Shown here: one piece after another, positions 13,546 to 26,134 of the stretch | Layout of the letters: each line of letters starts with the position of its first letter | How positions within the stretch are numbered: the first letter of the stretch is position 1 | NCBI RefSeq assembly: GCF_004010195.1 | Contig: NC_057719.1 | Coordinates: 38,105,722 to 38,169,721, forward strand | Direction: 5' to 3' | Origin: Chiloscyllium plagiosum | Lineage: Eukaryota | Length of the DNA: 64,000 bases | The notes under the pieces: generated by a model | Database searches by the model: none | What the model was told of the DNA's origin: nothing | Seen by the model: the letters and a program-made list of their open reading frames with translations, nothing else | Position numbers and translations under genes: made by a program

Positions 13546-13899
13546 AAGTTATTTGCCTCCATTTTTGATGAGATATTTTAAAAGTAAATTTTTTTTCTGT
13601 TAGATAATAACCCTCAGTCTTTCTTGGAGAGCTACCCAGTTTCTACTATGCCAGTTCCTATAGTAACTCTCTTCTCTTTTAGGAACTGTTTTACAAGATT
13701 TACAAGAATAAAGCCAGAACTCTTGAGATTATACCTATTAGGAAAGGTATATTCAGAATGGAATAAAAACATTTCACTTTTTCTCTTAAAATGGAGATTG
13801 AGTATTATCAAGTAAAAGCTTAATAAATTATGAAAGGGTTTGAGGGAAGCACCCTGACTACAGATGGTGAAGAATGAAACTAGAATCTGACAATGCACC

Positions 13900-14856
13900 A
13901 AATATGGGGCAAGGTGAAGAAGCAGGCCTTCATTACCAAGATCTTCAACCCAACCATTTTCAGCTGCTTCATCAATGACTTGCTGTCCATCGTAAGATCA
14001 GAAGTTGGGATGTTAGCAGGTGATTGCAGAATGTTCACCAATTAAGACTCAGATACTGTAGCAGTCCATGTTCCAATGGAACAAGATCTGGACAGTATCC
14101 AGACTCTGAGCTGACAAGTGGCAAGTAACATTTGTGCTAAGCAGATGCCAGGCTATGACCATCACCAAAAAGAGACAATCTAATCACTGCCCATGTCATT
14201 GAATGGTGTCACTGTCACTGAATCCCCACTGTCAATGTCCTTTTGGTTACCATTGATCAGGAATTCAACTGGACTCACCATATAAAGACATTGGTTACAA
14301 GAGCAGGTCAGAGATGAGGAATACGGAGTAAGTAGTCTCCTGACCTGTGCATCATCTACAAGGCACAAGTCAGGAGTGTAATGGAATGGTCCCCACTTGC
14401 CTGGATGAGTGCAACTCCAACAACACTCAAGAGGCTTGACACCATTTAGGACACAACAGTCCACTTAATTGGCACCACATTCACAAACTTTCACTCCCTT
14501 CACCCACTGACATCTAGTAGCAGCATTGTGTATTGTCTGCAAGATGCATTTTAGAACTTCATCAAAGATCCTTGGACAGCGCCTTCATCTAGAAGAATGA
14601 GCAGCAGACTCGGGAACAGTGCCGCTACCTGTAAATTTCCCTCCACTCGCTGTCCTGAATTGGAAATATATTGCCCTTCATTCACTGTTGGTTCAAGTCC
14701 TAAAATTACATTCCCAACAACATTTGAGAGTTGAATCACAGCAGGCGTACTGTAGTGGTTCAAGAAAGTAGCTTACCACCACCATCTTGAGCAGCTAGGA
14801 ACAGTCAGTAAATGCTAGTCAGCCGGTGAGACCCACATCCCACAAGTGAATAAAAA
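13900..14856 (+). mobile_element. LINE family B, RT C-terminus and 3' end
   Basis: PTIFSCFINDLLSIVRSEVGMLAGDC, ADKWQVTF; 3' end gtaaatgctagtcagccggtgagacccacatcccacaagtgaataaaaa. Confidence 0.85.
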
Positions 14857-15812
14857 TTGTTAACAAGTGATCAAATAAGGAATTCTGAAGCAAATTTCTC
14901 ACCCAGTGGTGAGAATGGAAGTAGTTGAGGTTGATAGATTGATGTATCTAAGAGAAAGCATAAATCCATTTTGTAAATATACAAAATGGAAAGGAGTAGA
15001 GGGTAATGCTGTTAGCTAAAATGTTGGAGGATAGGAGGAGCCTCTGGTGGAGCATACTTAGAATAGACTGGTTGGGATAGATAGTATGTTTTTGTACTAT
15101 ATATTGTGAAATTGCAAATGTCAATTAACTGCAATCCAAATACCTTTCCTGATTGTCATTTCACCAACAGTAAATGCCCTGTCAACTAATGTTGTAAAAT
15201 GGAAATGCAGCCCTTTTCCTATTTTTCTTAACATTTGACTAACTGCCCACGAAAGGCTAAAATCAAGAGGATATTAATTGTTGACTTGAGGATTATAAGT
15301 TAACTTTTAAAACATCTGAGAGTTCTTCCAAAAAAGGTCGATTTATATGCTGACTATAAAATTTGAACTATTAGTGTCTAGTTTTTCAAGCCCATACTTT
15401 ATCATAAACTGAACATTGCACCTGTATGTACAAACAAAACAGATGTATGCTGGTTAAGAAAGACTTAACAGCAGCTGCTTCCAGTGAAGAGAACTGAGCA
15501 TGAATTCAAATTTTGTATAACACAAGTTATGCTCCACAAATTGTGTGGTTGTTTAAAAAGTATAATTATGACTTTGCCAATCAATTTAATCTTTCTGTGA
15601 GAGCTAAAAATAAAGACCACTGTGCCAAAAACAATGAAGTTGCTGATTTTTGGATATTTTGCTGATGTTTCTGGTTTTTGTTATTAGTATGATAAGCTAT
15701 TTGACAAAATTGAACTGCTTTATATCATTGAAAATTTACTTTAGAATAGGCTTTGTGTCTAAAAGCTGTTTGGACATGTTTGTTCTCATTAAGGTGAGCT
15801 AGATTGGAGTTT

Positions 15813-16139
15813 TAGATTAGATTAGATTAGATTAGATTACTTACAGTGTGGAAACAGGCCCTTCGGCCCAACAAGTCCACACCGACCCGCCGAAGCGTAA
15901 CCCACCCATACCCCTACATTTACCCCTTTACCTAACACTACGGGCAATTTAGCATGGCCAATTCACCTGACTTGCACATCTTTGGAGTGTGGGAGGAAAC
16001 CGGAGCACCCGGAGGAAACCCACGCAGACACGGGGAGAACGTGCAAACTCCACACAGTCAGTCACCTGAGGCGGGAAATGAACCCGGGTCTCTGGCGCTG
16101 CGAGGCAGCAGTGCTAACCACTGTGCCACCGTGCCGCCC
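15813..16139 (-). mobile_element. HE1 SINE, young full-length copy
   Basis: CpG-rich, intact A and B boxes, V-domain, five-unit (TAATC)n tail. Confidence 0.95.
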
Positions 16140-16214
16140 AGTTGTTGGTGGGAAAGCTAGGGATGGAATACAGAATTGTGCTTGCTGGCTGATTTTTTTT
16201 TTAAACCGTAGCAA

Positions 16215-17010
16215 TTTATGCGGTGGCATTCCGAAGTGTTTAGTTTTAAGACCACTGCACTTGGGCATGCATTAATTAATGACTTGGATTTGGGAGTAAT
16301 ATACCAATCTGCAAATGGCATGGAATTCTGAAATCTATTAAATTTGAGAATAGTAATAGACTTTCAGAGAATACAAACAAATGAAATGGTTGGATGCAAG
16401 AGTATTGAGGCAGTGAGTCTGAAGAAAGAACATAAAGTTCAATAGTACACTTTTAAAGCAGGTGCCGCAACAGACATTTTGTGGATGCATGATTGCAAAA
16501 TATTGAAGGTGCACGACAGGATAGTAAAGCAATTAAGAAGACGTGGGATGCTAGGTTAAAGGAATGGGAGCATAGAAGACATCCTAAATCTGGATAAATA
16601 TTACTTTAGTCCCAGCTCGAGTATTTTGTCCAGTGCCAAGCATCATCTTTTAAGAAAGGTGTGAAGGAAATGGAGATGGTATAGAAATGATCCTACTGAA
16701 ACCTAATTATGTCCTAAATTGGAGGAGATGGGGTTATTCCTTTTTGAGAAAAGACTTGTAAGAAGATTTGGTAGAGGTGTTTAAAATAAGGGCCTTAGAT
16801 GGGGAAAAAACAAAACTGTTTCCAGTAGATGGTGGTCAATAACTTGAGGGCATAAATGTGTGATGAACAGCAAAAGAACTTGAGGTGGTCTCAGGAAAAA
16901 CATTTACGCATCAAGTGGTATTTGAAAAACACTGCCTGACAGATGGTGGAAACCAATTCTTATAGAAAAAAAGAATTAGATAAATATTTGAAGCAAACTG
17001 CGGGATTGTG
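16215..17010 (+). mobile_element. Old CR1 3' fragment
   Basis: Degenerate GVPQGSVLGPL / INDLD / LEYFVQ remnants. Confidence 0.55.
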
Positions 17011-17998
17011 TTCAAATAACGACCGAAATAGGTGAGTGGTGAAAATATCCTCTTTATTCAACAACCACAGTAGCACAATTTCGAGGCAGCAATAGAATTC
17101 CAAAATACAGTTCTTAAATTAGCGTCTTTACACACAGTTCTTGCATATGTTAAAATTCCATTACTATGGTGTTATATTGTTTTTTATCTATATATTATAG
17201 TACACAAAGGTTTGAGGGGTTTCTGTCCTGGGAGACAGGAGATCAGTCAAACCTTTGTGTCTGTCCAGCCTGCTTGCATAATTAAGAAGTGTTAGTCCTT
17301 TTGTCCTTAAGCTAGTAAACGTAAAAAAAAAAACTAGGCCTATATGTTCCAAATAAGTTAGCAATTTTACCTGTACTTAAAGAATAAAGGATATTAAACA
17401 GATTACCACAACTGGGTTGTGAGATTCATTTACTATTTGCCGTGTTAGTTTCATTTCATTCATGAAATTTCACAAAGTGCTGTTTTGACAGTTTCTTAAA
17501 GGGATAATGGCCCAGCTAAAAGGTAACAAGTACATTTTATTTGGGGAAACTGGTGGTTTAGGTCTGAGAGGCAGTTGGTAAGGGCTGATTAATATTATAA
17601 TCTTTTGGGGAGACGTGCTGGCTAGGTTGGTATTGTTCTGAATACGCTACACTTATTTATTGAGGTAAATTGGCCTAAACACTACTTGTGGCAAGGGCTG
17701 CTAAGGTGTGAAAACTCAGTAATGCGTTTGAAAGGGTTGCTTTGATTAGAAAGGGTTGTTTTAATTTGCTCTGTTTCATTGTAAAATATACTACAAAACT
17801 GCGGTTTTATGAATTAATGGAAGTGTTACAGTAGGAGTTATGAACGAATGAAACAGGGCCACAGTATTCACTTGTGGGTTAGTAACGGATTTATGAATGA
17901 ATAAATATAAAGCGCTTGTGAGTGGCTTAGTGAAGGGACCTGGAATACTACAACTCAAAATGAATTGCAGGGAGCTATAGTAAGGGAGCAGTAGTAAA

Positions 17999-18705
17999 GA
18001 GACCTTGGAGTGCAGGTTCATAGCTCCTTGAAAGTGGAGTCGCAGGGAGATAGGATAGTGAAGAAGGCGTTTGGTATGCTTTCCTTTATTGGTCAGAGTA
18101 TTGAGTACAGGAGTTGGGAGGTCATGTTGCGGCTGTATAGGACATTGGTTAGGCCGCTGTTGGAACATTGCGTGCAGTTCCGGTCTCCTTCTTTTCGGAA
18201 AGATGTTGTGAAACTTGAAAGGGTTCAGAAAAGATTTACAAGGATGTTGCCAGGGTTGGAGGATCTGAGCTATAGGGAGGCTGAACAGGCTCGGGCTGTT
18301 TTCCCTGAAGTGTCGGAGGCTGAGGAGTGACCTTATAGAGGTTTACAAAATTGAGGGGCACGGATAGGATATATAGTCAAAGTCTTTTCCCTGGGGTTGG
18401 GGAGTCCAGAACTAGAGGGCATAGGTTTAGGGTGACAGGGGAAAGATATGAGAGACCTAAGGGGCAACTTTTTCTCACAGAGGCTGGTACGTGTATGGAA
18501 TGAACTGCCAGAGGATGTGGTGGAGGCTGGTACAATTGCAACATTGAAGAGGCATTTGGATGGGTATATGAATAGGAAGAGTTGGGAGGGATATGGGCCA
18601 GGTGCTGGCAGGTGGGACTAGATTGGGTTGGGATATCTGGTCGGCATGGATGGGTTGGACCGAAGGGTCTGTTTCCAAGCTGTACATCTCTATGACTATG
18701 ACTCT
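17999..18705 (+). mobile_element. Young 5'-truncated HER1/CR1 LINE with 9-bp TSD
   Basis: agtagtaaa at 17990-17998 and 18706-18714; YRTLVRPLLEHCVQF; tail tctatgactatgactct. Confidence 0.95.
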
Positions 18706-20221
18706 AGTAGTAAAACTGTTGCTTTTCAAGAGTTAGTGCTGAATGATTGGTCTAATGGTGTCCTTCTGCAATGTACTCATTTGTTTATTTATTTGGCAGT
18801 TTATCTGTTGAAGTGCAAGTTAAATTGTCCGATTGGAAACTGCGCATTGGCAGTGTGTAGCTATTGCATTACTCTTGATGGAAACTAGGTTCTTAAGCAA
18901 GGTTATATTTTTACTGATTTTAAACAATATGATCTTAGTTACATTGCACTTTTTGTGAATCCCACTTTAAATGTGGTTTACCAGGTTAACTTTATGGCAG
19001 TTTTACAGGCATTCACTTAAGATCATTATGCATTAAAATTCATCTTCATTTCTGAGTGCTTAGACAATATGGCCAAGCTGAGAGAACTTTTAAAGAGGAT
19101 TCCATACAATTCAGCAAGTTGGATCAATTTGCACCCCAGCATGTATCACTTCTACCTGCAACAACCATTAAAATGCAAAGAACATAGAAACCTTTAAGTG
19201 TGCAGAGAAAGATTGTTAGAATAAGTTTCGAGATGAGGGACCTGTTATCTGGAGAGAATGTTTTCCTTAAAGCAGAGAAGGGAAAGGAGCGATTTAATAG
19301 ATGCTCAGAGCTTGGAAGGATCTTTGTGTTTGGCATGGTCTTCCAAATCTATTGAAATGGTGTGCCAAACCACCTTTAATGCTCTTTGTAAGATCTTGTA
19401 GAAATTACCTGGATTCAAGAGCATTGATTTTGTTAACCTTTACGTCTGGTTCAATTTAGTGCCACTTTTAAAGATCATATTGCATTTGAAGTCCATTTCC
19501 ATTTAAAACTACCATTTCTCACCTTGAAAATGCTGCTTCACTTTTATTTCTATAACTGCCCTTCCTGCTCAGGTATCAGTCTTTTCTTAGTATTTTATGA
19601 TCTTTGTTACAAACGATAGTGTTCCCAACTTGGTGCCAACAACTAAATTCTGAAATTGAGTATCCAGAACACTCACCACTGTTTAAATACCACCCATGTA
19701 TGTTTTGACTTTTCGTTTATACCCAGCATTTGCTCTCTGTACTCCATGTGGGCATGTTCCTGAGAATTCTATTTCATCCTTCATTTTCTTCAGTTTCTCA
19801 TTCAGCATCATTTATCAAACTTTTCTCCCCCAAGACATTTAAATCACATCTACTCTTTTCATTTTTTTTTTCCCAAATGAACTTCTGTTTGGGTGATTAA
19901 GCATGATGTGTCTGAGGATTGACAGGGCAAGGTGAATCCTATCTATGCATCTAATTATTGTATAGCCTTTTTGTCAAGTTTTTCCTTCACCTCCGCTCCA
20001 GAGAAAACAACCCTAGTTTTTCTCGCCTCTCTTTTATAGATCATATTCTCTAATCCAGGCAGTATCCTGGTAAACCGCTTCTGCACCCTCTCCAAAGCTT
20101 CTACATCCTCCTTGTAATACGGTGACCAGAATTGAATATAACACTGTGTGGCCTAACCAAAGTATTGCAAAGCTGCAACACGACATCAAGATTCTTATAC
20201 TCAATGCCCCAACTAATAAAG

Positions 20222-20642
20222 CGCAGCAGGTCAGGCAGCATCTAGGGAACAGGAGAATCGACGTTTCGGGCATTAGCCTTTCTTCAGGAATGAGGAAAGT
20301 TGGTCCAGCAGGTTAAGATAAAAGATAGGGAGGAGGGACTTGGGGGAGGGGCGTCGGAAATGTGATAGGTGGAAAGAGGTCAAGGTGAGGGTGATAGGTC
20401 AGACTGGGGTGGGGGCGGAGAGGTCGGGAAGAAGATTGCAGGTTAGGAAGGCGGTGCTGAATTTGATGGATATAAAAGATAGGGAGGAGGGACTTGGGGG
20501 AGGGGCATCGGAAATGTGATAGGTGGAAAAGGGCTAATGCCCGAAACGTCGATTCTCCTGTTCCCTAGATGCTGCCTGACCTGCGCTTTTCCAGCAACAC
20601 ATTTCCATCTCTGATCTCCAGCATCTGCAGACCTCACTTTCT
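20222..20642. mobile_element. PLE tail insertion with inverted 5' segment and 13-15-bp TSD
   Basis: ccccaactaataaag at 20207-20221 and 20643-20657; minus-strand tail to about 20528, then plus-strand tail. Confidence 0.9.
20256..20291 (-). ncRNA. Minimal hammerhead ribozyme motif
   Basis: Reverse complement ATTC-CTGAAGA-A-AGGC(taat)GCCC-GAAACGTC-GATT; one stem II mismatch. Confidence 0.75.
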
Positions 20643-20761
20643 CCCCAACTAATAAAGGCAAATATGCCTTCTTTACCACCCTATATACTTGTGCGGCCAC
20701 TTTTCAGGGAGCTATGGACTTGAACCCCAAGATCTGTCTGCCATTAACTGAATACTTCACT

Positions 20762-20872
20762 AAATGTAGAATAATAGGGTAGGGGAATGGGTCTGGGTGG
20801 GTTACTCTTCAGAGGGTCAGTGTGGATTTGTTGGGCCAAATGGCCTGTTTCCATACTGCAGGGATTCTATGA
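20762..20872 (+). mobile_element. HE1 SINE 3' fragment
   Basis: ggggaatgggtctgggtgggttactcttc...ttgggccaaatggcctgtttcc. Confidence 0.8.
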
Positions 20873-23119
20873 TTTGATCTCCCAAAGTGCAGCACCTCAC
20901 AGTTGCCTGGATTAAACTCCATCTGCCATTTCTCTGCCCATACTGGCAACTGATCTATATCCCATTTTATCCTTTGACACCCTTCTATACTATCCACTAC
21001 TCCACTGGCCTTTGTGTTATCTGCAAACTCATTAACCCACCCAACTACAAATTCATCCATTTAGGTATACCTCAAAAAGGAGAGGTTGAAGCACATTTTA
21101 GATTTGACATTCTTAAATCTCACAGCACAATATTCATTTCCACGTATTTTTTTTAAATACGTGTGTGTGTGAGACTCCGCTATTTCTTCCCTTCTCTCCA
21201 CATCTTCTGATCTTAACAGTTCGGCTCCAGTGGCTTACATGCTTGAAGTTTGAGTAACTAGTTTGTCCAATAGATGAGATAATCAACTTGCATTCACATT
21301 TCAGTATGCAGTTGTGCTGAAACATCTTTGCTTCAACTTCACAGAAATTGTCTTCAGGGGTCCTAACTGTTTTAGTAGCTTGCCTGCATTTCTACTTGGC
21401 TGCTACTTATTGTCTACTTTATAAGCATATAGATTACATCTACCGCTCTGCCCTCATCAATCCTCTTTGTTACTACTTCAAAAAACTCAAGTTTGTGAGA
21501 CATGATTTCCCATGCATAAAGCATGTGCTTCAGCTTTAACTAAAAGGTTCTCCAGTCATTGGTTTGAAAACATGTTTAATTTTAAGTTTATTTAAAACCT
21601 GCAAATTCGAACATTTTGAGTGTGTTATTTTAAAGATTTGGGATCTGGGGTGACCTTTTAGTATCTTAGTATCTTGGTAGATTTAACTAAGTTTTTCATT
21701 TAAATGTTCTTAATGTAAACGGTGACTGAACTTCACATCAACCTATTCAGTCAACTAGCCAAGGTGATTTATCCAGTTCCAAAGAGGAAAAGCATTTGAA
21801 ACATTTGCTTTTTCTCTCTCCACAGAAAATCACCAGATTAGACTATTTACAATATTTTCATTGTAGTAATTTTTATTGTGCACTTCCATTACAAATACAA
21901 ATGTACAGAATGTTTATTATGTTTGCAGCTATGCGTAACTGAGTTTCCCTTGAAGATACTTAGCTATTGTTCCTATGCCATAGTACCCAAGCACAGGAAT
22001 CAAATAGAACACTTTTTTTCCCAGTGCTGGCGAGTTCTGATGGTATTTAAGTGGCAAGAACCTAGTACAAAAGTATACAAACCCAGTAGCACCAGCTTGG
22101 ATCTTCTGCAGTTTAAAAAATTCAGAAGTTGGCTACCTTACATTGAAGATTACATTTTATTTAAAAATGGTGTTTCATTTTGCCACCTTTGCTAAATGTT
22201 GCTACCAAAGTAAGATCTATAATGTGGAGATATGTTGCAAACTAATTTACTTTTTTGAACAGAAATGGCACATTGCACTGAATTTTCTCTTCTCTTAGTG
22301 TTTTGACCACTGAGATTTATGACACCTGGCCTATCATGCCTTTCTTTTGCAATCCTTCACTCTTCACTGTATTAATTATGCAACTGGGTTCTTTGATGTT
22401 GTTCTCGTGCAGCTGCGCAGTAGCGCTGCAGGGAGATTCTGGTGTTACGCTGCTAGTGCCGCAGTTAAAGCCCAGCTACACATTATTCAGATACTGCAAA
22501 TTAGAAACTACCTCTCGTTGGTGTTGATCACTGAGCATTTGGCCCTAAATGCAACAATAAGTTTTTCTGCTCTACTGGAAAGTGCTAATGGATAGGATGA
22601 TAGAGGGAGGACAGTCCCTTTTTTTTTAATATTTTTAATTCATTCATGGGATGAGGATGTCCCTGGCCAGAGCAGCATTCATTGCCTAACCCTAATTGCC
22701 CTTTTCCTGCTTGTTGTCAAATGAGGCTTTTTAACCAGACCTAGCCAGCCTGGACTGAGATAGAGATCTGTGCTGTGTTCTGGGTTAAAAGCAACAGCTA
22801 GCTAAAATTTGTTCGCTGCAAGGGAGAGTGCTACCAACTCCCTCTGCTACTTTGCACACTAACTTGATCACTGCACTCTCATCTCACCAATTGCAAGGTT
22901 CGCTTTACTTTCACTAAGTAGGGACTACCTTCCAGATCAGTGAGAGAACTTTAAAGCACAAAGCCAGCCCTTGCTCTTGGAAATAGTTTTAGTCAGGTTA
23001 TCTCTCACTTTTCATTGACACATTCTGTCCTACTTAATTAGATGGTCTTTCTTTTCAGTGTTATGATTATCATCTTCGTTTTCATCCTCAAAGATTGCCG
23101 AAATCTCTCATTTCTCCTC

Positions 23120-23305
23120 TATGCAGCACATCACCCCCCAGTGTCCAATACTCCAGAAAAAAACAGCCCCAGTCTATTCAGCCTCTCCCTATAGCTCAAA
23201 CCCTCCAACCCTGGCCGCATCTTTTTAAATCTTCTTTTCTGAACCATTTCAAGTTTGACAACATCCCTCCTATGGCAGGGAGACCATTGCATGCAGTATT
23301 TCAAT
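23120..23305 (-). mobile_element. CR1/HER1 fragment
   Basis: Near-collinear with 26510-26680. Confidence 0.75.
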
Positions 23306-23409
23306 AATGAGAGCTATGTAATAGATAGTTGATAGAAGTTGTCCTTTTTCTACAATGTGGGACTTCAAGACTAGGCGGCACATTCTTCAAGTGAGAAGAG
23401 AGGGAGATC

Positions 23410-23421
23410 CAAGATGGCAGC
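23410..23421 (+). promoter_or_regulatory. YY1-like motif at the L1 5' end
   Basis: CAAGATGGCAGC (consensus CAAGATGGCGGC) about 10 bp inside the inferred 5' end. Confidence 0.5.
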
Positions 23422-23585
23422 GGTCTGACTGGTCTACTGTGCTGGGCTCTGTGCCATACCCCCTGGCAAGGTTGACCTTTACCCCACCCCCTCCCTTTCT
23501 CCACCCTTCGGAGAAAAATTGCTAATAAAAAGTTACTGAATATCTGGAGCTGCTAGAATTGTGGTTTGACAGCTCTGAGATCAGG

Positions 23586-24427
23586 ATGAAGGCGAATTAA
23601 GGAAAAGCGGCGAAAGGACTGCAGCAGGCAGGGCACTTCCCTACCATGTCAGAGGTGCCCGTAGCCATTGCTCAAACTCCCGGGACAGCCCCTTTGGATT
23701 TAATGGGGCAGCAGCGTTTACCCTGAGTTTGCCAAACTCTGAGAAAAGATTGAAGCAGCGGTGGAACTGATATCTGCCATGCTGAAAGTATGAGCAGGAG
23801 ATTCAAACACTCGACCAAAGAGTAGAAGTGGTTGAGCAGAGGACCACGACATCGGAGACCGTGGCAGAGGTCTTGGGAGGAAGGATCCGAACACCAAAAG
23901 GTCAGGTTCAGGTCCTTTATGAACAAGTGGATGACCTGGAAAACAGAAGTAGAAGAAACAAAACTTTGCAGCTTATGGGTCTCCTGGAGCGTGAGGTAGG
24001 CGAGGACCTCATTGGTTTCCAGGAGAAGTGGCTCCTGAAGCTCCTGGGGCTGGAGTTGGAGTCTGGCCTGATGAGTGTGGAGTGGGCCCACTGGATCGCA
24101 CTGCGTATATCCGGGCCGTACCCACGCCCCTGCCTGCTCCTATTGCAACTCCTGCACTATAAAGAAAAACAGTTAGTGATTGAAACAGCAAGAAGATTGG
24201 GAAGAGATCCACAGGCTTTAATATACAAGGGGTCAAGAATGTTTTTTCAAGACTTCTCAGGAGCCAAAATTATTAAGAGACAGGCATTTGATGAAGTTTA
24301 AGAGGAAAGTAAAGGATCTGAACATTCAGTATTCCTTGAGGTTGTGGTGCATTTCACTCATGGAGGGACAGTACATAATTTTGGTTCAGCAGAAAAGGCA
24401 AAGGACTTTGTGAACTCTTGGAAATAA
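23586..24427 (+). pseudogene. L1 ORF1p remnant (coiled coil and RRM)
   Basis: EQVDDLENRSRRNKTLQLMGLLE, EWAHWI, RPCLLLLQLLHYKEK, MFFQDFS; contains stops and frameshifts. Confidence 0.85.
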
Positions 24428-24945
24428 AGTACTCTGGTTGGGAGTGGGGGTGGCGTGGTTGGTGGAAAGGGGCACTGTTACGGATGATGGTACAGTTTTT
24501 ATTCTGTCCCTTTTTCCCCTTCTTTCCCCTTTTTTGTGGTTATCGGTTTTATAGATTTTGTACTGACTTGTTGTAAAACCTGATTTAATCTTATTTCAGT
24601 CGGTTGGTTATTGTCTTTGTTTTTTGCTGCTGTCCTTTGTTTTTGGATTGGGGCTGGCTATATCTGTGGATAAGATATGAGGAGGGGGAAGGGTGGGCAT
24701 CCAATGTTTGTTGCATCCATTGCTCCTGATGCAGTCTCCTCTACATTGGGGAGACTGGACGCCTCCTAGCTGAGCGCTTTAGGGAACATCTCCGGGACAC
24801 CCACACCAATCAACCACACCGCCCTGTGGCCCAACATTTCAACTTCCCTTCCCACTCTGCCGAGGACATGGGGGTCCTGGGCCGCCTCCACCGTCGCTCC
24901 CTCACCACCAGACGCCTGGAGGAAGAACGCCTCATCTTCTGCCGT

Positions 24946-25108
24946 GGCGGCACAGTGGTTAGCACAGCTGCCTCACAGCGCTAGAGACCCGTGTCCAATT
25001 CCTGCCTCAGGCGACTGACTGTGGAGTTTGCACGTTCTCCCCGTGTCTGCGTGGGTTTCCTCCGGGTGCTCCGGTTTCCTCCCACAGTCCAAAGATGTGC
25101 AGGTTAGG
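24946..25108 (+). mobile_element. HE1 SINE nested in the PLE, running into an assembly gap
   Basis: ggcacagtggttagcac and V-domain. Confidence 0.9.
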
Positions 25109-25187
25109 NNNNNNNNNNNNNNNNNNNNNNNNNNNNNNNNNNNNNNNNNNNNNNNNNNNNNNNNNNNNNNNNNNNNNNNNNNNNNNN
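25109..25187. other. Assembly gap (79 N)
   Basis: N run. Confidence 1.
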
Positions 25188-25418
25188 CTCACTTCCCCTT
25201 CCCCCACCTCACCCTAGTTCCAAACTTCCAGCTCAGCACTGTCCCCATGACTTGTCCTACCTGCCTATCTTCTTTTCCACCTATCTACTCCACCCTCCCC
25301 CTGCCCCCAACCTATCACCTTCATCCCTCCCCCACTCACCTATTGTACTCTATTCTACTTTCTCCCCACCTCCACCCTCCTTTCACTTATCTCTCCACCC
25401 TTCAGGCTCTCTGCCTTT

Positions 25419-25454
25419 ATTCCTGATGAAGGGCTTTTGCCCGACACGTCGATT
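25419..25454 (+). ncRNA. Hammerhead motif with mutated core (GACAC)
   Basis: ATTC-CTGATGA-A-GGGC(tttt)GCCC-GACACGTC-GATT. Confidence 0.65.
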
Positions 25455-26134
25455 TTGCTGCTCCTCGGATGCTGCCTGAACTGCTGTGCTCTTCCAGCAC
25501 CACTAAGCCAAAATCTGGTTTCCAGCATCTGCAGTCGTTTTTACCTATCCAATGTTAACTCTCAGGAATGTAAATAACATGTTCTGTTTGTCTGTGAATT
25601 GCCTGGTGCTGGGACCTGGCTTCAGCTGAAAGGAGCCAGGATGATTGCAAGGATTGGGAGGATTGTCCCCTGTGGGAAGTGGGGAGATCTCTAGTGAACT
25701 GGGGTTTATTTGGGTGTTTACGTTAAATGTAGTGGTTAGTATTTTTAGTTGGAGTAGTTTTTAGACTTTGTAGAGTTAATGTCTTTGTTGCTTGCTGCAT
25801 CTCAGATAAGCTTCCTCCTCTTGGGAAACCACGGGCTGCCTTGTTCAGGTAGTGAGTGCATCTGCAATGTAAAAGGCGGCCATTCCCCCATTTTTGGAAA
25901 AAAGGAAGGAAAGGGTTGACATTGCCCTGCTGCAGGAGACACGTTTTAACTGATAAGGAACATGTGAAGCTGCAGCAGTGGGGTCACGACAGGGTATTTT
26001 TCTTTTCCTTTAGCTCCAAAAGTAAAGGGTTAGCTATACCGGTAAGAAGGAACCTCCCATTCCAAGTAACTGAGCAAATTAAGGACGAACATGGATGGTT
26101 CATCATTCTTAAAGCTCGAAGAGGAGTATGGTAT

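Larger units (their letters stand above)
19935..21060 (-). mobile_element. CR1/HER1 3' fragment hosting PLE and HE1 insertions
   Basis: ORF 20809..21060 FADNTK...WAEKWQMEFNPGNCEVLHFG. Confidence 0.8.
24709..25546 (+). mobile_element. Neptune-type PLE 3' part (GIY-YIG plus tail) with 10-bp TSD
   Basis: LLYIGETGRLLAERFREHLRD...PVAQHFN...RRLEEERLIF; atccaatgtt at 24699-24708 and 25547-25556. Confidence 0.9.

Noticed and set aside
13683..13746. Possible exon (ttctcttttag...AAG/gtatat)
   Set aside because: No recognisable protein in any frame, weak donor and no partner exons
17473..17484. CAAAGTGCTGTT, matching the start of miR-93
   Set aside because: The match ends after 12 nt and there is no complementary star arm
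23401..23480. Possible HDV-like ribozyme at the L1 5' end
   Set aside because: The nested double pseudoknot could not be assembled by eye
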